A stretch of DNA of 62,571 bases, filler included, from Sphacelaria rigidula (taxonomy: Eukaryota): NCBI GenBank assembly GCA_964200075.2. It is 8 parts of 8 records of this genome, joined end to end, with 100 filler letters (N's around TTAATTAATTAA, not from the genome) between each part and the next. Parts side by side here need not be neighbours in the genome. Positions count along the whole stretch, not along the records: positions 7,836 to 15,570 come from CAXNAA020013632.1; positions 15,671 to 23,404 come from CAXNAA020013633.1; positions 23,505 to 31,238 come from CAXNAA020013634.1; 5 more parts are not named here. One strand, written 5' to 3'. The position numbers were made by a program, and so were the translations under genes. Below the pieces are notes generated by a model. The model did no database searches, was not told the DNA's origin, and saw only the letters and a program-made list of their open reading frames with translations. Of this stretch, positions 12,057-24,065 are shown one piece after another; positions within the stretch are counted from its first letter, which is position 1; every line of letters begins with the position of its first letter.

Positions 12057-14692
12057 CTGCCGAGCCGGACTTTATTGAAGAAACGTAAAGTAATTGCGGC
12101 CGTTGAGGTGGGGCGCGTAGTGGAGCTGGAGGATGTTCAATCCTGGCTGACCGAAGCCAGAACCGTAGCAAACGCCAAGGCTGTTCTAGACAAGCGCACC
12201 AGGGAGCAAGCGCTGGGAATTTTCGATGCGGTGGCGGAGGACGGCGCAGTCGGCGCCGGACTTGAGAAGATAAGCGAGGTCGAGGGGGCTGTATGCGATG
12301 GGGGGCGCGAGTTCATCTATCTCGTGCCTTCCGTGGTGGTGCCCGAGGTAGGCATGACAGCCTACATTAAAGTTCGCAACATGCGTGTCTAGGTAAGGGA
12401 ACTGGAGCGTTCCGTCTCCCGCCTCACCGCTCAGATCGAGAGTGGTCAGCCTGTTGAACCTGTACTCCTACGGGTGACAGCTGCCGGTTCGGCGGAGGAG
12501 AAACGGGCCGTGATCATAGCGGCTGGGTCTATCGTCAGGATGGACATTGACACTGCACAAGAACTGATAAGCGTATCGTGGAATAGGGATCAGGAATACG
12601 CCACCGACATACCGAGGAGAATTCAACGCTCAAAACAATTTCTGACGGATGATCGCCGCTGGCACTGTTGGCACTGCTGAGCAGTCCGTGCCGTTTGAAT
12701 GTGTCGAGTGATGATCCGGATCTATTTCTTCCGGCCGTGAAGAACGCAAGGAGTGGTTGGCAAGGGGATTTCGTTCATGCGCCTCGTACCGCCGCGGCGG
12801 ATGATGTCGCCGCGGCGGCGGCGTGAGATGGTGGGCCGGGTTTGGTGGGCACCGCAAACGAGTCTGGTGGTGGTACGCCACAACGGGAACACGGGGGCGC
12901 AGTTCAACGGGAATCGGCGATGACCCGCGCCGGCGCAAGTACACATGAATCGATGCCGCGAGAAAAGGTGCTGCGCAAGAAGATGAGGAAGAGGACGGGG
13001 CAGATTGGGAGGCTGTACGCGATCGCGCAAAAACCTCGGGACTGTTTTAGGCCGAGGATTTAGAACAATTCACGACTTCCATCAAGCCCAGGTGTTGAAA
13101 ATGCACTGCACAACCATGGATGTCATCGACTACATTGCCGCCCACGGATTCTGCAAGGCAAAGTTGATGCGGTGCAAGTGGTAGCAGTTCTACGTGAAGT
13201 GGAGGTTGAAGAAACATCTCATGACCCTCGCGTTGAGGGCTGCTGCCACTCCTTGGGACAACTGCGATTTTCGGCCGACAACGAGTGTTACGGGGGCCGG
13301 CGCACATGTGAGTACTATAGCGACCACATGCGTGGCTGTGGAAAATCTGCCTGGGCATCTGCCGCTCATGCACGTGCACCGCCGGCAAGGTCAGCTGGTG
13401 GCCGCGGATATCACGACGGGACCCCTTTGGCAAAGGGACGGCGAACAATGGGAGCGTTACCTCTCCGCCTTCGACGATGCAGCATTCCGTTGCGCAGTGC
13501 CAAGGATTGTAGGAGAAGGTGGTCACATCGACACGTGCTTGGAGGTCGAACTCAGACAGGTGAACAGAGCTGTCAATCTTTGGGTACTCCTTGTCTAAAC
13601 GTGTAGGCGAACGTTTTGAAGCCTCTCTCTCAAATTTTGGTCGGCATATTAGTGTCGAAACATGACAAGATGACGTGCCTGTGCATGCGGCGTAGCGTTG
13701 CGTCTGGCACTAGAATATTTTGACATCGCAGCTGACCTCGCACGAACTTGAGGTTGTTTGCACTTGGGCGCCGCGCCCGGGTTATTTATTTGGATTTACT
13801 CGTGCCGTGTAAAACTCGACTTCAAGGTCGACGAGGGAAAGGGACTGCTGAACCCCTCTTGCGATGAAACAAAAGAATGGCAAGCACCGCAGAAGGAAGG
13901 TGGGGTACTAAAAACACATACATGAGAAAAGGCTCCTGTGTTGACCTTCGTCCTGAGTGACCCCGGCTGGTGCGCCCACATATACCGAAAGGTGTAGACC
14001 GGCGTCCAATATAAATGGGGCGTCAACAAACACACTCGTGCCAAGCAGTTTGGAAAGCTGCGGGTTCGAAATCCCTAGAGATACCGTTCGTGTCTTTCCT
14101 ATCCGGTACTGAGTTCCCATTGTGAAAAAAGTACGAGAGAGCGAGTACGAGAAGAATAGTCTGTGGAAACATCTCAAAGGATGCAGGGGTGCTTCTCTTA
14201 CTTGAGATGCAAGATTATAGAAGCGCGCAGCGAAAGGTATTCGGTGGTCCCACGAGACGACGTGCCCACCTCGCAAAAGGGCATGAATTGAAGGGGTGAG
14301 GGAAATTGAATGCCTAACAGAGTGTATACCACGCATCATCCACCCTCATTTGGTTTCATGCTCACATTCTCCCCACTAGGCGATACCGATTATGAAGAGG
14401 GAGCCGCAGGTAGGTGCTCAAGCATCTCTTCATACAACTGGGCACCACGAAGAGTTGGTCCGACTCGAAGGCCGCCATCGACCGTCTTGATGATATACGC
14501 CGCGTGGATGAGAGGAGCATGGCGGCGGCATACATGGTTGCCAGAGGGTTGGTCGAAGTCGTCAGCCGGGATCTGGATTGGATATTCAGATTCCGAGTGC
14601 AGCTGCTCGGAGAGAGAGAATTCGGCATCGGAAGCTGGCAAAGACCACAGCGATTACTTCGCGTTTTGATTAAAACCTGTAGAGAAAATTGA
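12057..14692 (+). pseudogene. Decayed coding region with Ulp1/C48 SUMO-protease-like motifs, probably transposon-borne
   Basis: Ordered motifs TMDVIDYI, QFYVKW, VAVENLPGHLPLMHVHRRQGQLVAAD, then QTGEQSC (frameshifted), and a terminal WIFRFRVQLL. There are many stops and frameshifts. Confidence 0.45.
13795..14040 (-). mobile_element. SINE-like dispersed repeat (family B)
   Basis: Reverse complement matches 23256-23404 (ttgacgccccat..tggacgccggtctacacctttcggtatatg..gcgcaccagccggggtcac). Confidence 0.8.
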
Positions 14693-15236
14693 AGACATGT
14701 TTCATGCAGATCAGTTGCGGAGGTATATATTATGTAATCCTAGCGGTTGTATTTTGCAGGAGGAAGTAATAACCCGTGCGTCGGGCTGATGGAGACGTTG
14801 TGCAGTGCTTGGTGCGGTGCGCCCTTGAGTGCAGACGTCTACGGCGGGTAGTCCACCAACGCCATCGGGCGAATCGCGGGTTGTACCTGAAGATAAATAC
14901 TATTGCGCATGGAACGAATAATAAAACGCAAGTCAGGAGAAAGCTATGGTCTTGCAGTGAACCTATTGGAATACTGTGCAACATGGCCATCGCATGCGCA
15001 TCGATTCCAGTCGTGAGGCGACGTCGACAGCGTTCTGCACAGCTGAAACATTGCCACGAATTTCTGGTATGATCGATAACGACCGATCAAGAAAATTGAG
15101 GATGAAGTTTTTCATCGAGGATGATGAGTCCGTCAATGAAAATATTCATACCCACACCGATATCTCGGAATATGGCTGCACTCCTTTACGCTGTTGACAA
15201 ACACTGCACGCCATACAACTTTGGAGTCCGAGAACA

Positions 15237-15485
15237 GACACTTTTCACAATAGCCCCCCAAAAAAACCAGCCCAAAAGGGACACCAAAAAATTGTCGTAT
15301 TGCGCCTGATGTTTTGGGTTCAGGCTGCATGAAGCGCCTCATATTGGGGACATTTGCTGGTACGAACCCAAGCGTGGGAATTCCCAGCTGCTCGTTGTGT
15401 TTGGCTCTTCCTATTTCGATTCACGTGAAGATTTTGCCTCCCAAAACAATGCACTTTTTGGGGGGGGGCTATCGTAGAAAGTGTC
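15237..15485. mobile_element. GACAC-terminal MITE, inverted relative to the 9785 copy
   Basis: gacacttttcacaatagcc ... ggctatcgtagaaagtgtc, with flanks aaca/caca. Confidence 0.85.
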
Positions 15486-15570
15486 CACAGGCACCGTAGG
15501 TAAGGTACTGTACCGAGCGTACCCCTGGTATTCACCGGGGTATCCCATACCGTGGTATACGTAGTTATCG

Positions 15571-15670
15571 NNNNNNNNNNNNNNNNNNNNNNNNNNNNNN
15601 NNNNNNNNNNNNNNTTAATTAATTAANNNNNNNNNNNNNNNNNNNNNNNNNNNNNNNNNNNNNNNNNNNN
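15571..15670. other. Artificial contig linker
   Basis: N44-TTAATTAATTAA-N44. Confidence 0.98.
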
Positions 15671-15696
15671 CGTTTCTGGGCTGGCCCAGCTCGTAT

Positions 15697-15702
15697 GAGA
15701 GA

Positions 15703-15733
<31 letters not shown>
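15697..15733. repeat. (GA)n microsatellite
   Basis: GA dinucleotide run just after a ggcccagctcg|TA MITE end. Confidence 0.9.
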
Positions 15734-15737
<4 letters not shown>

Positions 15738-16459
15738 TGAAGGGTAATCTTGAAAGTATTGATGAGCACTTTTCCACACATGTCATATCCCAATTGTCAA
15801 ACCTTGAGCGAAAGACCCAGGGTCGCGCTCTTCGGTCTCAAGTAGTGGACCGCCCTGTAGGAGATTTGAAGGTTCTCGACTATTTGCGCCCACCACATGA
15901 GTTCTATCAACAGTCTTCCATTCGGCCTGCATTTCATTGAAACTCATGTCTTCGAGTCTGTCATCGTCGTCACACAAACGACGCAACCACACGTGTAGAG
16001 GAGGGTGACATGATATATTCAGATCAGGATGTGTACTATCAGCGATATTGCAACACATACTTTAGTTTGGTGGATATGTCGACACAGTCGAACTACTAGC
16101 TTGACCCTGAAGATGCAGAGAATAACCCCGTAATAGGGGTCAAACCCAACCCCGCAGCTATGGAAAATTGTACCGAGAGTTGGGAAATTGTCACGATAAA
16201 CACGTCAGTGGGGACGAGACATTTGTAAATGAGTGCCAGATACAGCGGACTCGAGCTAGCGGTCAACGTGAGCTGGGACGGTCACACCCTCAGCTCGTTT
16301 AACCCTAAATAAAACATCGTACGTAGATACATAAACTGAGGAATAACACGAAACAGAAAAAGTACTCGACAACACGGAAAATTAGACTAACGGTGAGACC
16401 AAAAAAGAGGACGAAATGAAGAGCAAATCATTTAGATGTCGAAAAGCTAGAGCTAGATC

Positions 16460-17855
16460 CGTGGTGACGGAGTTACAACTGGCGACCTACGACGTCCGTA
16501 CACTGTCCCTCAAAGAAAGGGACGAGGCCGACCATGTTGAGGTGGTTTCACACAAATGCAAACCGATAGATTCTAACTTTATCGGACAGCAGGAGACAAG
16601 ACGACAGGGTAGATGTGAGCTCCCAGCTGCGGAATACTGCGTCTTTTGCTGCGGGGGGGGAAGAAGGCAAGGTAAGGGCTAGACATGATGGGGATGAATT
16701 GTTGGTCAAGGATTTCATCAACGATGTTACGTGGACACAGGCGTTCATCTGCGAACACCTCACCGAGCCCCCAACAGGGATCACCTGCTTGCTTTCATAA
16801 ATGCTAACGCTAGGACCGGGGCAGGAAGGGAACATGACGGCCGCGAAGGGGTAGAGACATACGGCCGGGACTCCCGGGCGAGCAACTGTAGTGGCACTGA
16901 TTTTCGAATTTGCGACAAGTTATCGGTAACGATGGGCGTACCCTGGTCAACACCCTCTTTCACGGCGTGAAAAGAAACATGTCGCGAACGTGAAACGGTA
17001 TCGCCACCATCCTGCAGGCGAAGGCTTACCAACCACATCACACGGCACGCCCACCGCAGGCTCGTTCGAGTCATCAGCGTCCACCTTCAATCGTCTAACT
17101 CACCGGATACACGTGCACCTCTGTACGGCCCCTTGGTCGATTCACACGCAACGGATCTCGGTGACCCCTCACCGGGTGCAAATCAGTAGGTGAGCGAGAG
17201 ATAATTGCCGACACCAGCAGACGTAAGCAACTCACCCAGTTCATCATCAACGAGCTTGAGCGTGGGAAACCCGCGATACATTGAATTGTCTGTAAACACT
17301 GCCGACATATTCCTGAGCTCCGCTGAAACGGTGATACCCTCTTCGCGCCGACATCTACGGATACAGGGATAGTTCGACGATGCCGCAATCTGAGCCGAGT
17401 TTCAAAAGCCCTGGAATGGGAGAAAATGAGCGAGGTTGACGGTGCAAATAGGGTCGAGAGGTAGCCCCACCTTGCGCATTTCGCAAGCAGTATGCGTGAG
17501 CCTCAACGCGGCGATCAGAGATGGAGTGGCCAGGCATCTGGATCTGTATGCGAAGAAGAGGAAGATATGATCGGATGATGCGCCGAAAGGTGAGCGGGAG
17601 GTTCTGGCACGGGATATGAGATGTTGTAGGCGGATGACGCCGTCAGAGATTCGAGGGCCACAAACGGGTTGCGAAAACGCTTCTGTGGTAGCCTGTGAGG
17701 AGTTCAAATGAACGGTAGCGGGAAACAACACGGAGTCCATGTACACCCAGCTCCCTGGACACCGCACCGCACATCAAGGCGGTAGGCTAATGATGCAAGA
17801 AGGCGGCTGAGCTTGTCTACAACCGGGAGTGCTGTCGGCACAGACGCGAGTATTC
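16460..17855 (+). mobile_element. Degenerate RTE-like LINE, 5' part (APE endonuclease and RT remnants)
   Basis: LQLATYDVRTL..FIGQQETRR..YCVFCCG (APE motifs) and INANARTG (DxNA motif). Multiple stops are present. Confidence 0.8.
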
Positions 17856-17924
17856 AAGGGGCGGGTCGAGTAGAGTATAATCAGTAGTCGGTATTTTCCA
17901 AGAGTCATGCTGCTAGTACTCAAA

Positions 17925-18545
17925 CGTTCGAGTAGAGTATTTGAGGTCGTACTCAATATACCCAAAAATTGTGTAGAGTATTTGAGGTCGTACTCGACGT
18001 ACTCAAAATTTGAGTAGAGTATGGAAGTCATACCCAAGTGATAGTCTATACTCAAGTATTACTGAGAGTGCTTGCTCAATATTCGAGTTGTATTCGAGGC
18101 CGTTCTCGATCTACTCAAAATTTGAGTAAAGTATATGAGGCCGTACTCAATCTACCCAAACAATGAGAAGAGCATTTGAGGCCATACTTGAACTACTCAA
18201 AAATTGAGTAGTGAGGTCATACCTCTGTGATACTCTATGCTCAAGTATTACTGAGAGTGCTTACCCAACGTTTGAGTGGAGTGTTGGAGGTACTCAATCT
18301 GTTCAACCCTCGAGTAGAGTATTTGAGGTCATACTCAATACTCAATTGACGCAAAATTTGAGTAGAGTATTTGAGGTCGTACTCGATCTACTCAATATTT
18401 GAGTAGAGTTTTTGAGGTCAAACTCGATCTACTCAATATTTGAGTAGAGTATTGGAGGTCATACTCAATCTACTCAATAGTTGAGTAGAGTATTGCAGGT
18501 CATACCCAACCTACCCAAAAGTTGGGTAGAGTATCTGAGGCCTGG
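17925..18545. repeat. Tandem ~41-bp satellite (gagtagagtatttgaggtcgtactcgatctactcaaaattt)
   Basis: Many degenerate direct copies. The array continues at 19425-19725 and 20629-20770. Confidence 0.9.
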
Positions 18546-19725
18546 CCCGATGTACTAGAAACCTCAGGTGTAACGTTTAATTCAGTACACAAGTTCGTAC
18601 GCAAGACACTCAAACTCGGGTAAAGCAAATACCGACGTATTCCTAAAGTTTTCCACCAATGACTGGTGCTGATTCCCGATCAAACTTCAGCAAACCTTCG
18701 GATGGATCAAATCCAAATGATACCAAAATAGGGCGAACTGAATATTGGGGTATTGTCGAAGAGCGTTCGGATTGTACCGTGTAGACTGGCGCAGGTACTG
18801 GAAGGCGTAAAAAATCATTTCGAAGTATTGGTAGTCGAAGTCTTGTGTATAGTCCTTACCCGGGCATCCGAACATGTCATTGGGTATGTGACGAGTTTCA
18901 CACGCCTACAAGTATTGAAAAGGGGAAACAGCTGATAACGAAAGGGTCATGAGGCACATGATGACAGCGCCACAGAACAAAATCCAGAATTCACCATTTG
19001 TCAAGCACAAACAAAAAAGGACGGAATCCAAATGACTGGTACAAGTGCAACTATACTCCTGATATGACCCAAACGCTGAACGAGACACGTTTTTTTCTCA
19101 AAGTCCCAAGTGATTGGATCGCATCTCTTCACAGCTCGGCTGGTATCTCGCCCCTCACCCTCATGTCGTGCCACTACCGGTCCACTTCTTACGTATGAAA
19201 TATGTACTGCCATGGGTTGGGGCAGGTGAGCTAGGGTAGGTAGGTTCATTCCCCTGCACGCTTTTTCTGTTTTTTTTAATGACCATCACTCTCTCATACT
19301 CATTGTAGCCCGTGACGTAACGCCACTCATCTCATTGGTAGCCATCGTTTGCCCATGGATTCAGCATAGTCTGTGAATTAACGCCACGAAATTGCCGACG
19401 GTCACGGTTACTTATCATTCACAAGTGATACTCTATACTCAAGTATTACTGAGAGTGCTTAATATTCGAGTAGAGTATTCGAGGTCGGACTCGATCTACT
19501 CAAAATTTGAGTAGAGTATTTGAGGCAGTACTCGATCTACTCGAAATTTGAGTAGATTATTTGGGGTCATTCTCAATTTACCCAAAATTTCAGTAGAGTA
19601 TTTGAGGCTGTACTCAATCTACCCAAATTTTGCGTAGAGTAATGAGGTCATACCCGAGTGATACTCTATACCCAAGTATTACTGAGAGTGCTTACGCAAT
19701 ATTCGAGTAGATTTTGGAGGTTGTA

Positions 19726-20628
19726 CGAGCTGGGCCGTCAGTAAATCCCACATTCTTTCTCCGCACTACAACTTCTCAAGTTTCCCAAATCAGCGCGACT
19801 TGAGCATTTCGCTGTGAACTGCAGACTAACCTGGTAACACACGGCACCGCCCCTGATTGATTGGCGCAATTTTGGCGATGATATTGTTGTACTGCACTGA
19901 GTACCGGGTACGCCCTTGCCGTTGACAACGTGTCTGGAGACGTTTCGTTTCACAGAATGCGGTGGAATTACGATAGACCGTTGCGCCGCATAGGCACACC
20001 CACACCCGGCATGCCCAGCAAAAGCACACTGGCAGTGCCTCAAGATGGCATCAAGCTCGTCATAAGCTCCATAATGGGGGAGAATCTCCGAGCCAACTGT
20101 CGTATATCACCGCACGAGAGAGAAGAACTTGAAACTGTGCTATACCCCCCTCAAAAGCAAGACCGTCACCAAATTATCGGGACGCTTTGCAACCCAGAGG
20201 TACGAGAGATTATGCACGATTAGTATGCATACAAAAAAATTGTCGTGTCGGGATTCGAACTCGTGACCTGTGTGATTTGAGGCTGTTGTATCAGTTTGAC
20301 CACCGGGGTCACAAAAAGTGCGACGCTAATTTTACGTATTTTTGGCCGAAACTATACACGGATGTGGTTGACGCGAGTGCCCGTATGTGCCGGAGCGTTG
20401 TCATCGTTTTCATCAATTTTTAAGGGGGTTATCGCATTTTTCCTGTTTTTTTTCTTAAACTTCAACTCGCTCTAACTTCCTGTTCTTTATTTGTTCCCGT
20501 GACACCCCTCACAGGGTTGGGCAGAGTGATGATAAAAATGTCGTGTCAAAATTTCAGCGCTCAACTGTTCGAACTATCAAACAATATCCACTCCTCGTGT
20601 AAAAATCACTGATGGCCGGCCCAGCTCG
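19726..20628. mobile_element. TA-flanked Tc1/mariner-type non-autonomous element nested in the satellite
   Basis: TA|cgagctgggccg ... cggcccagctcg|TA. Removing it restores the satellite unit gaggttgTActcgatctac. Confidence 0.85.
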
Positions 20629-20800
20629 TACTCGATCTACTCAATATTCGAGTAGAGCATTTCAGGCCGTACTCAATCTACACAAAATTTGAGCAGAATA
20701 CTTGAGGCAGTACTCGACCCACTCAAAATTTGAGTAGAGTAAATACTCGGGTATTTTACTCGAGTACTTAGAAGTACATAATCTACTCGATCTGCCCTTG

Positions 20801-21620
20801 GAATATTCCCATCGGAATCAAGCGCGGCGTCGGTGCTGCGTGGGCACGCCTCCGAAAATTAGCGCCCGACTGTATGACCGGCCCAAAGCCAAGCTCTTTC
20901 TCTCTGAAGATCCAGCGATGCGAATCGCAGGTGATGAAGACCATACTGTGCGGATATGATGCATGGACGCTGCGCCCGGAGGACCTCGTAATCCTGCGCA
21001 TTGTTCACCACGAGCTTTCATAGCGAGCATTTGGAATTCGTAGGAAAATCATGCGTACCCTAAGACGCTCCCATACAGAGCTCTGCTCGAGATGACCAAC
21101 TGCGAGCGGATCAAGACGACCATCCGCAATCGGCACCCCGGGTTGCGGAGGCCCTTCTCCGGCGGGGCAAAGCACGTCCTTCACAGCGCATCGTGTTCGG
21201 GTGGCTAGCCTCTCAAGAATCATGAGGAGACTTGTCGACATCCCACGCGCAAGGGGGCACCGCCTTTAGAGAAGAATCTGCTTCATCTAGGGGCATTTTC
21301 AAGCGGCAGAGAACGAAGGATGGTTCGTCTACCAAATGGAGGTCAAGGACGCACAAAATCGGGTCGCGGCCGCGAATTTTGTCGACAAATGTTTTCGGCG
21401 AGCCGACAGAAGGGCGGAAGACTTCGAGGAGGCGTGGCGACGTGAACACATACAACACGCTAACCGGATGTCCTCCATACGCAACAACCTGTGGCGTTGA
21501 GAGTATCTAACAAGAGAGCCAACACCGCCGACACAACGCCAACAGCGAGAACTTACGAGGAACACAGCACGAAAATGGTCAAGAGAGTGACCTGAATTGC
21601 ACCCGACTAGTGATGGTGGA
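20801..21620 (+). mobile_element. Degenerate RTE-like LINE, 3' part (post-RT region)
   Basis: IKRGVGAAWARLRK..TILCGYDAWTLRPED..LEMTNCERIKTTIRNR..SQRIVFGWL, typical of the RTE ORF C-terminus. It continues the frame interrupted at 17855. Confidence 0.8.
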
Positions 21621-22819
21621 GGGCAACGAAGAAACTGATGTACACCCATGACGTTTGTTATACCCGTCGTTGACTTTTCTTGGCTTGCAACCCTAGCGAG
21701 GCTCTTAGCTGTGTCCCGTACACATTCTGATCTGCCCTTGGGTTCCATCGCTTCTGCAGGCTTCGTATACTTGGTTTACCTTGGGTAGGTTTGTCTTGTA
21801 ACCGCGGCTGTATCCTTCGGAAATACGTTCATGTGCAGCATTCGACAAAGCAATCAACCAGTCGGTCTCTTGGCGTGCACCAGCGGGTACCGGCGTAGTG
21901 CTCTGTAGTGTCTCGTGGTGAAGCCCATGGTGCTGGGTCCCTGCAGCCTGCAGTGGATGCGCTTGTTCATTTCATTATATCGTGTACATACGGAACGAAA
22001 ACAGGCGGCTGGGCGGGTTCCGCTTCGAGTGCTTCGTGTCAGCGTCCTACAACACCCCCAAACACTCTTTGGAAGCTTGAGTCAAATGGAATAATCGCGA
22101 TTAATCACGACAGTTTTTGGCCTTTCAGTTACAAACAGCTGTGAACAAGGCAGTACACTGCGCAGTTATCAATTATTATCACAGGTCGTGTGTTGATGAG
22201 AGCAGCACGTTCCGCATCGGGATCGATCGTGAGATACGGCAAGGGTGTTTTAAGTCACTCGTTGCACGAGCGAGCCGCCCTAAATCGTGGTTGCAGGCAC
22301 AAACGTTCATTCAAACACGTTCGGGGACAACATAACACGATTTCGAATGAGTTCGTCACCAAAAATTGCACTCGCGAGCGCATTACGAATGTGTGAGGTC
22401 GCGTCTAAACTTGTGAGCCTTTTGCTATTTCATGTAACTTCAAATATTTATTCCCATCGTATGATCCTTTCTGGAAAACAGAAAGAATCTGGACACTCAG
22501 AACGGAGATACGAGAAGTCACGATACACATTTACAATGTCATGGGTAGGTACTCCAACATGAAGTGTGACGGCTAACCTTGAGCCGTAAACTCTTACGCT
22601 AGTACTATTGAAAAACAAACCAATGTTACCGGAGATGATATGGGCCATAACGACAAAGAACCATGTAGGCGAAGCAACGAAAAACGCGGAGGGATAATGA
22701 ACGCGTCATCAGTACTAGGAAGACACACGCTTTGTCCCTAATAAATTTGGTTTTAGTGTACACAATCTACGACAGTTAAGCACATTTATCGCGTTTTTTT
22801 CGGTACAGGAACCACATCG

Positions 22820-23090
22820 GTCTGTGGCAACCTCTGCACTCTGCACACACACAAAGGCTGCGGGAACATACCCCACAGTTGCTCAAATCGCCACATCGGA
22901 CCTCAAAAGCCCGCAACACAGCAAGAACAGTGATATCGGGTACATTTTGGCTTGGTGCAGCGCTCGTGGAACGCGTCGAGGAACGTTTGTTGTATGGTTC
23001 TTGAGTTTAGATGTGTGGCAAGCGTGCGCAAGAAAGTGCAGTACAATTTCCTGCTTGGTTGCCGAGGATTTTGTAGTGTAAGATCGGCAC
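22820..23090 (+). repeat. Dispersed repeat also at ~37053-37337
   Basis: Shared ctgtggca..gcacacacacaaaggct..ttgctcaa..tttggtgc..gtgtg..aagcg. Confidence 0.65.
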
Positions 23091-23255
23091 TTTTAGGGTG
23101 GGGACCAGCAACATCTTGGCGTTACGAGTATTATGCAAGAGAAACGTTTCCTGCTGCAACTACTGTGGTGTGTGGCGGTCACTACTTCTGCTGCTGCTCG
23201 TTTTACTGTCTCGTCATGTTCAATAAGGCGGTGAACGTGGTGTGGTAGCTCGCAA

Positions 23256-23404
23256 GTGTGTGCTTCTCTAGTGTGTTGTGTGTGTGTTGACGCCCCATCT
23301 ATTCTGGACGCCGGTCTACACCTTTCGGTATATGCGGGCGCACCAGCCGGGGTCACACAGGAGGAATATCAACACAGGAGCTCTTCTTTTTATTTGTTTT
23401 TAGT
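23256..23404 (+). mobile_element. SINE-like family B copy (cut by contig end)
   Basis: Matches 13795-14040 in reverse. Confidence 0.8.
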
Positions 23405-23504
23405 NNNNNNNNNNNNNNNNNNNNNNNNNNNNNNNNNNNNNNNNNNNNTTAATTAATTAANNNNNNNNNNNNNNNNNNNNNNNNNNNNNNNNNNNNNNNN
23501 NNNN
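23405..23504. other. Artificial contig linker
   Basis: N44-TTAATTAATTAA-N44. Confidence 0.98.
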
Positions 23505-23806
23505 CTATTCTCAACTTCCTTTCCGAATTATCATTTGGTCTCTCGTATGCAGGGGGGGGGGGGGGCACTTTAGCTGCACCACGCGGCACGCGCCGTGCTG
23601 CAACTCATTTCAACTCAAATCTGCGCCTGAGCGCCAATTTGAAGTGAAGCGACGCGCACTTTGCCCGGGTATGTATACACGCCCCCTTTGCTCGATAATT
23701 GACGGTCTGCCCTCGTTGGGGTTGGGGTCAGCGGTAGGATGTAGTTGGGTCAGTAGCCTGCATGAAGATCCAAAAGACGACTGAGACGGTAAACAGCCCT
23801 TTATTG

Positions 23807-24065
23807 CACGGTTCGGACGAATCATCGCCGGTTCGATTCACCAAGCCTACGATTTTCCGGTCCTGATTGCTCGAAAGAGAGGGAAAAAGTTGTCCGCTCG
23901 TCAAAGAGGTCTCTACGCAATATTTGCGCCATCTCACATGTCTGGGCTGCGCGTACCTAGGTTGCAGCGCTGAAAACAAAGCCCAAGGGTTAATTCGTAC
24001 GGTACGAATCAATAACACTAAAACCAAGTAGTTTCCAGACGAATCATTAATTCGTCCGATCCTTG
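23807..24065. mobile_element. hAT-like MITE (~250 bp)
   Basis: cacggttcggacgaat ... attcgtccgatccttg with degenerate 8-bp flanks ctttattg/ctccattg. A paralog lies at 28666-28912. Confidence 0.7.

Larger units (their letters stand above)
17856..20800. mobile_element. hAT-like non-autonomous element with ~41-bp satellite arrays, inserted in the LINE
   Basis: Imperfect 19-bp TIRs aaggggcgggtcgagtaga / tctactcgatctgcccttg. 8-bp TSD gagtattc (17848-17855) / gaatattc (20801-20808). Confidence 0.75.

Noticed and set aside
16090..16320. Possible HDV-like ribozyme in the RTE LINE 5' region
   Set aside because: The nested double pseudoknot could not be assembled by eye. An Infernal/RNArobo search would be needed.
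17925..20770. 41-bp partly palindromic repeats resembling a CRISPR array
   Set aside because: Units are contiguous with no unique spacers, there are no cas genes, and the context is a eukaryotic TE.
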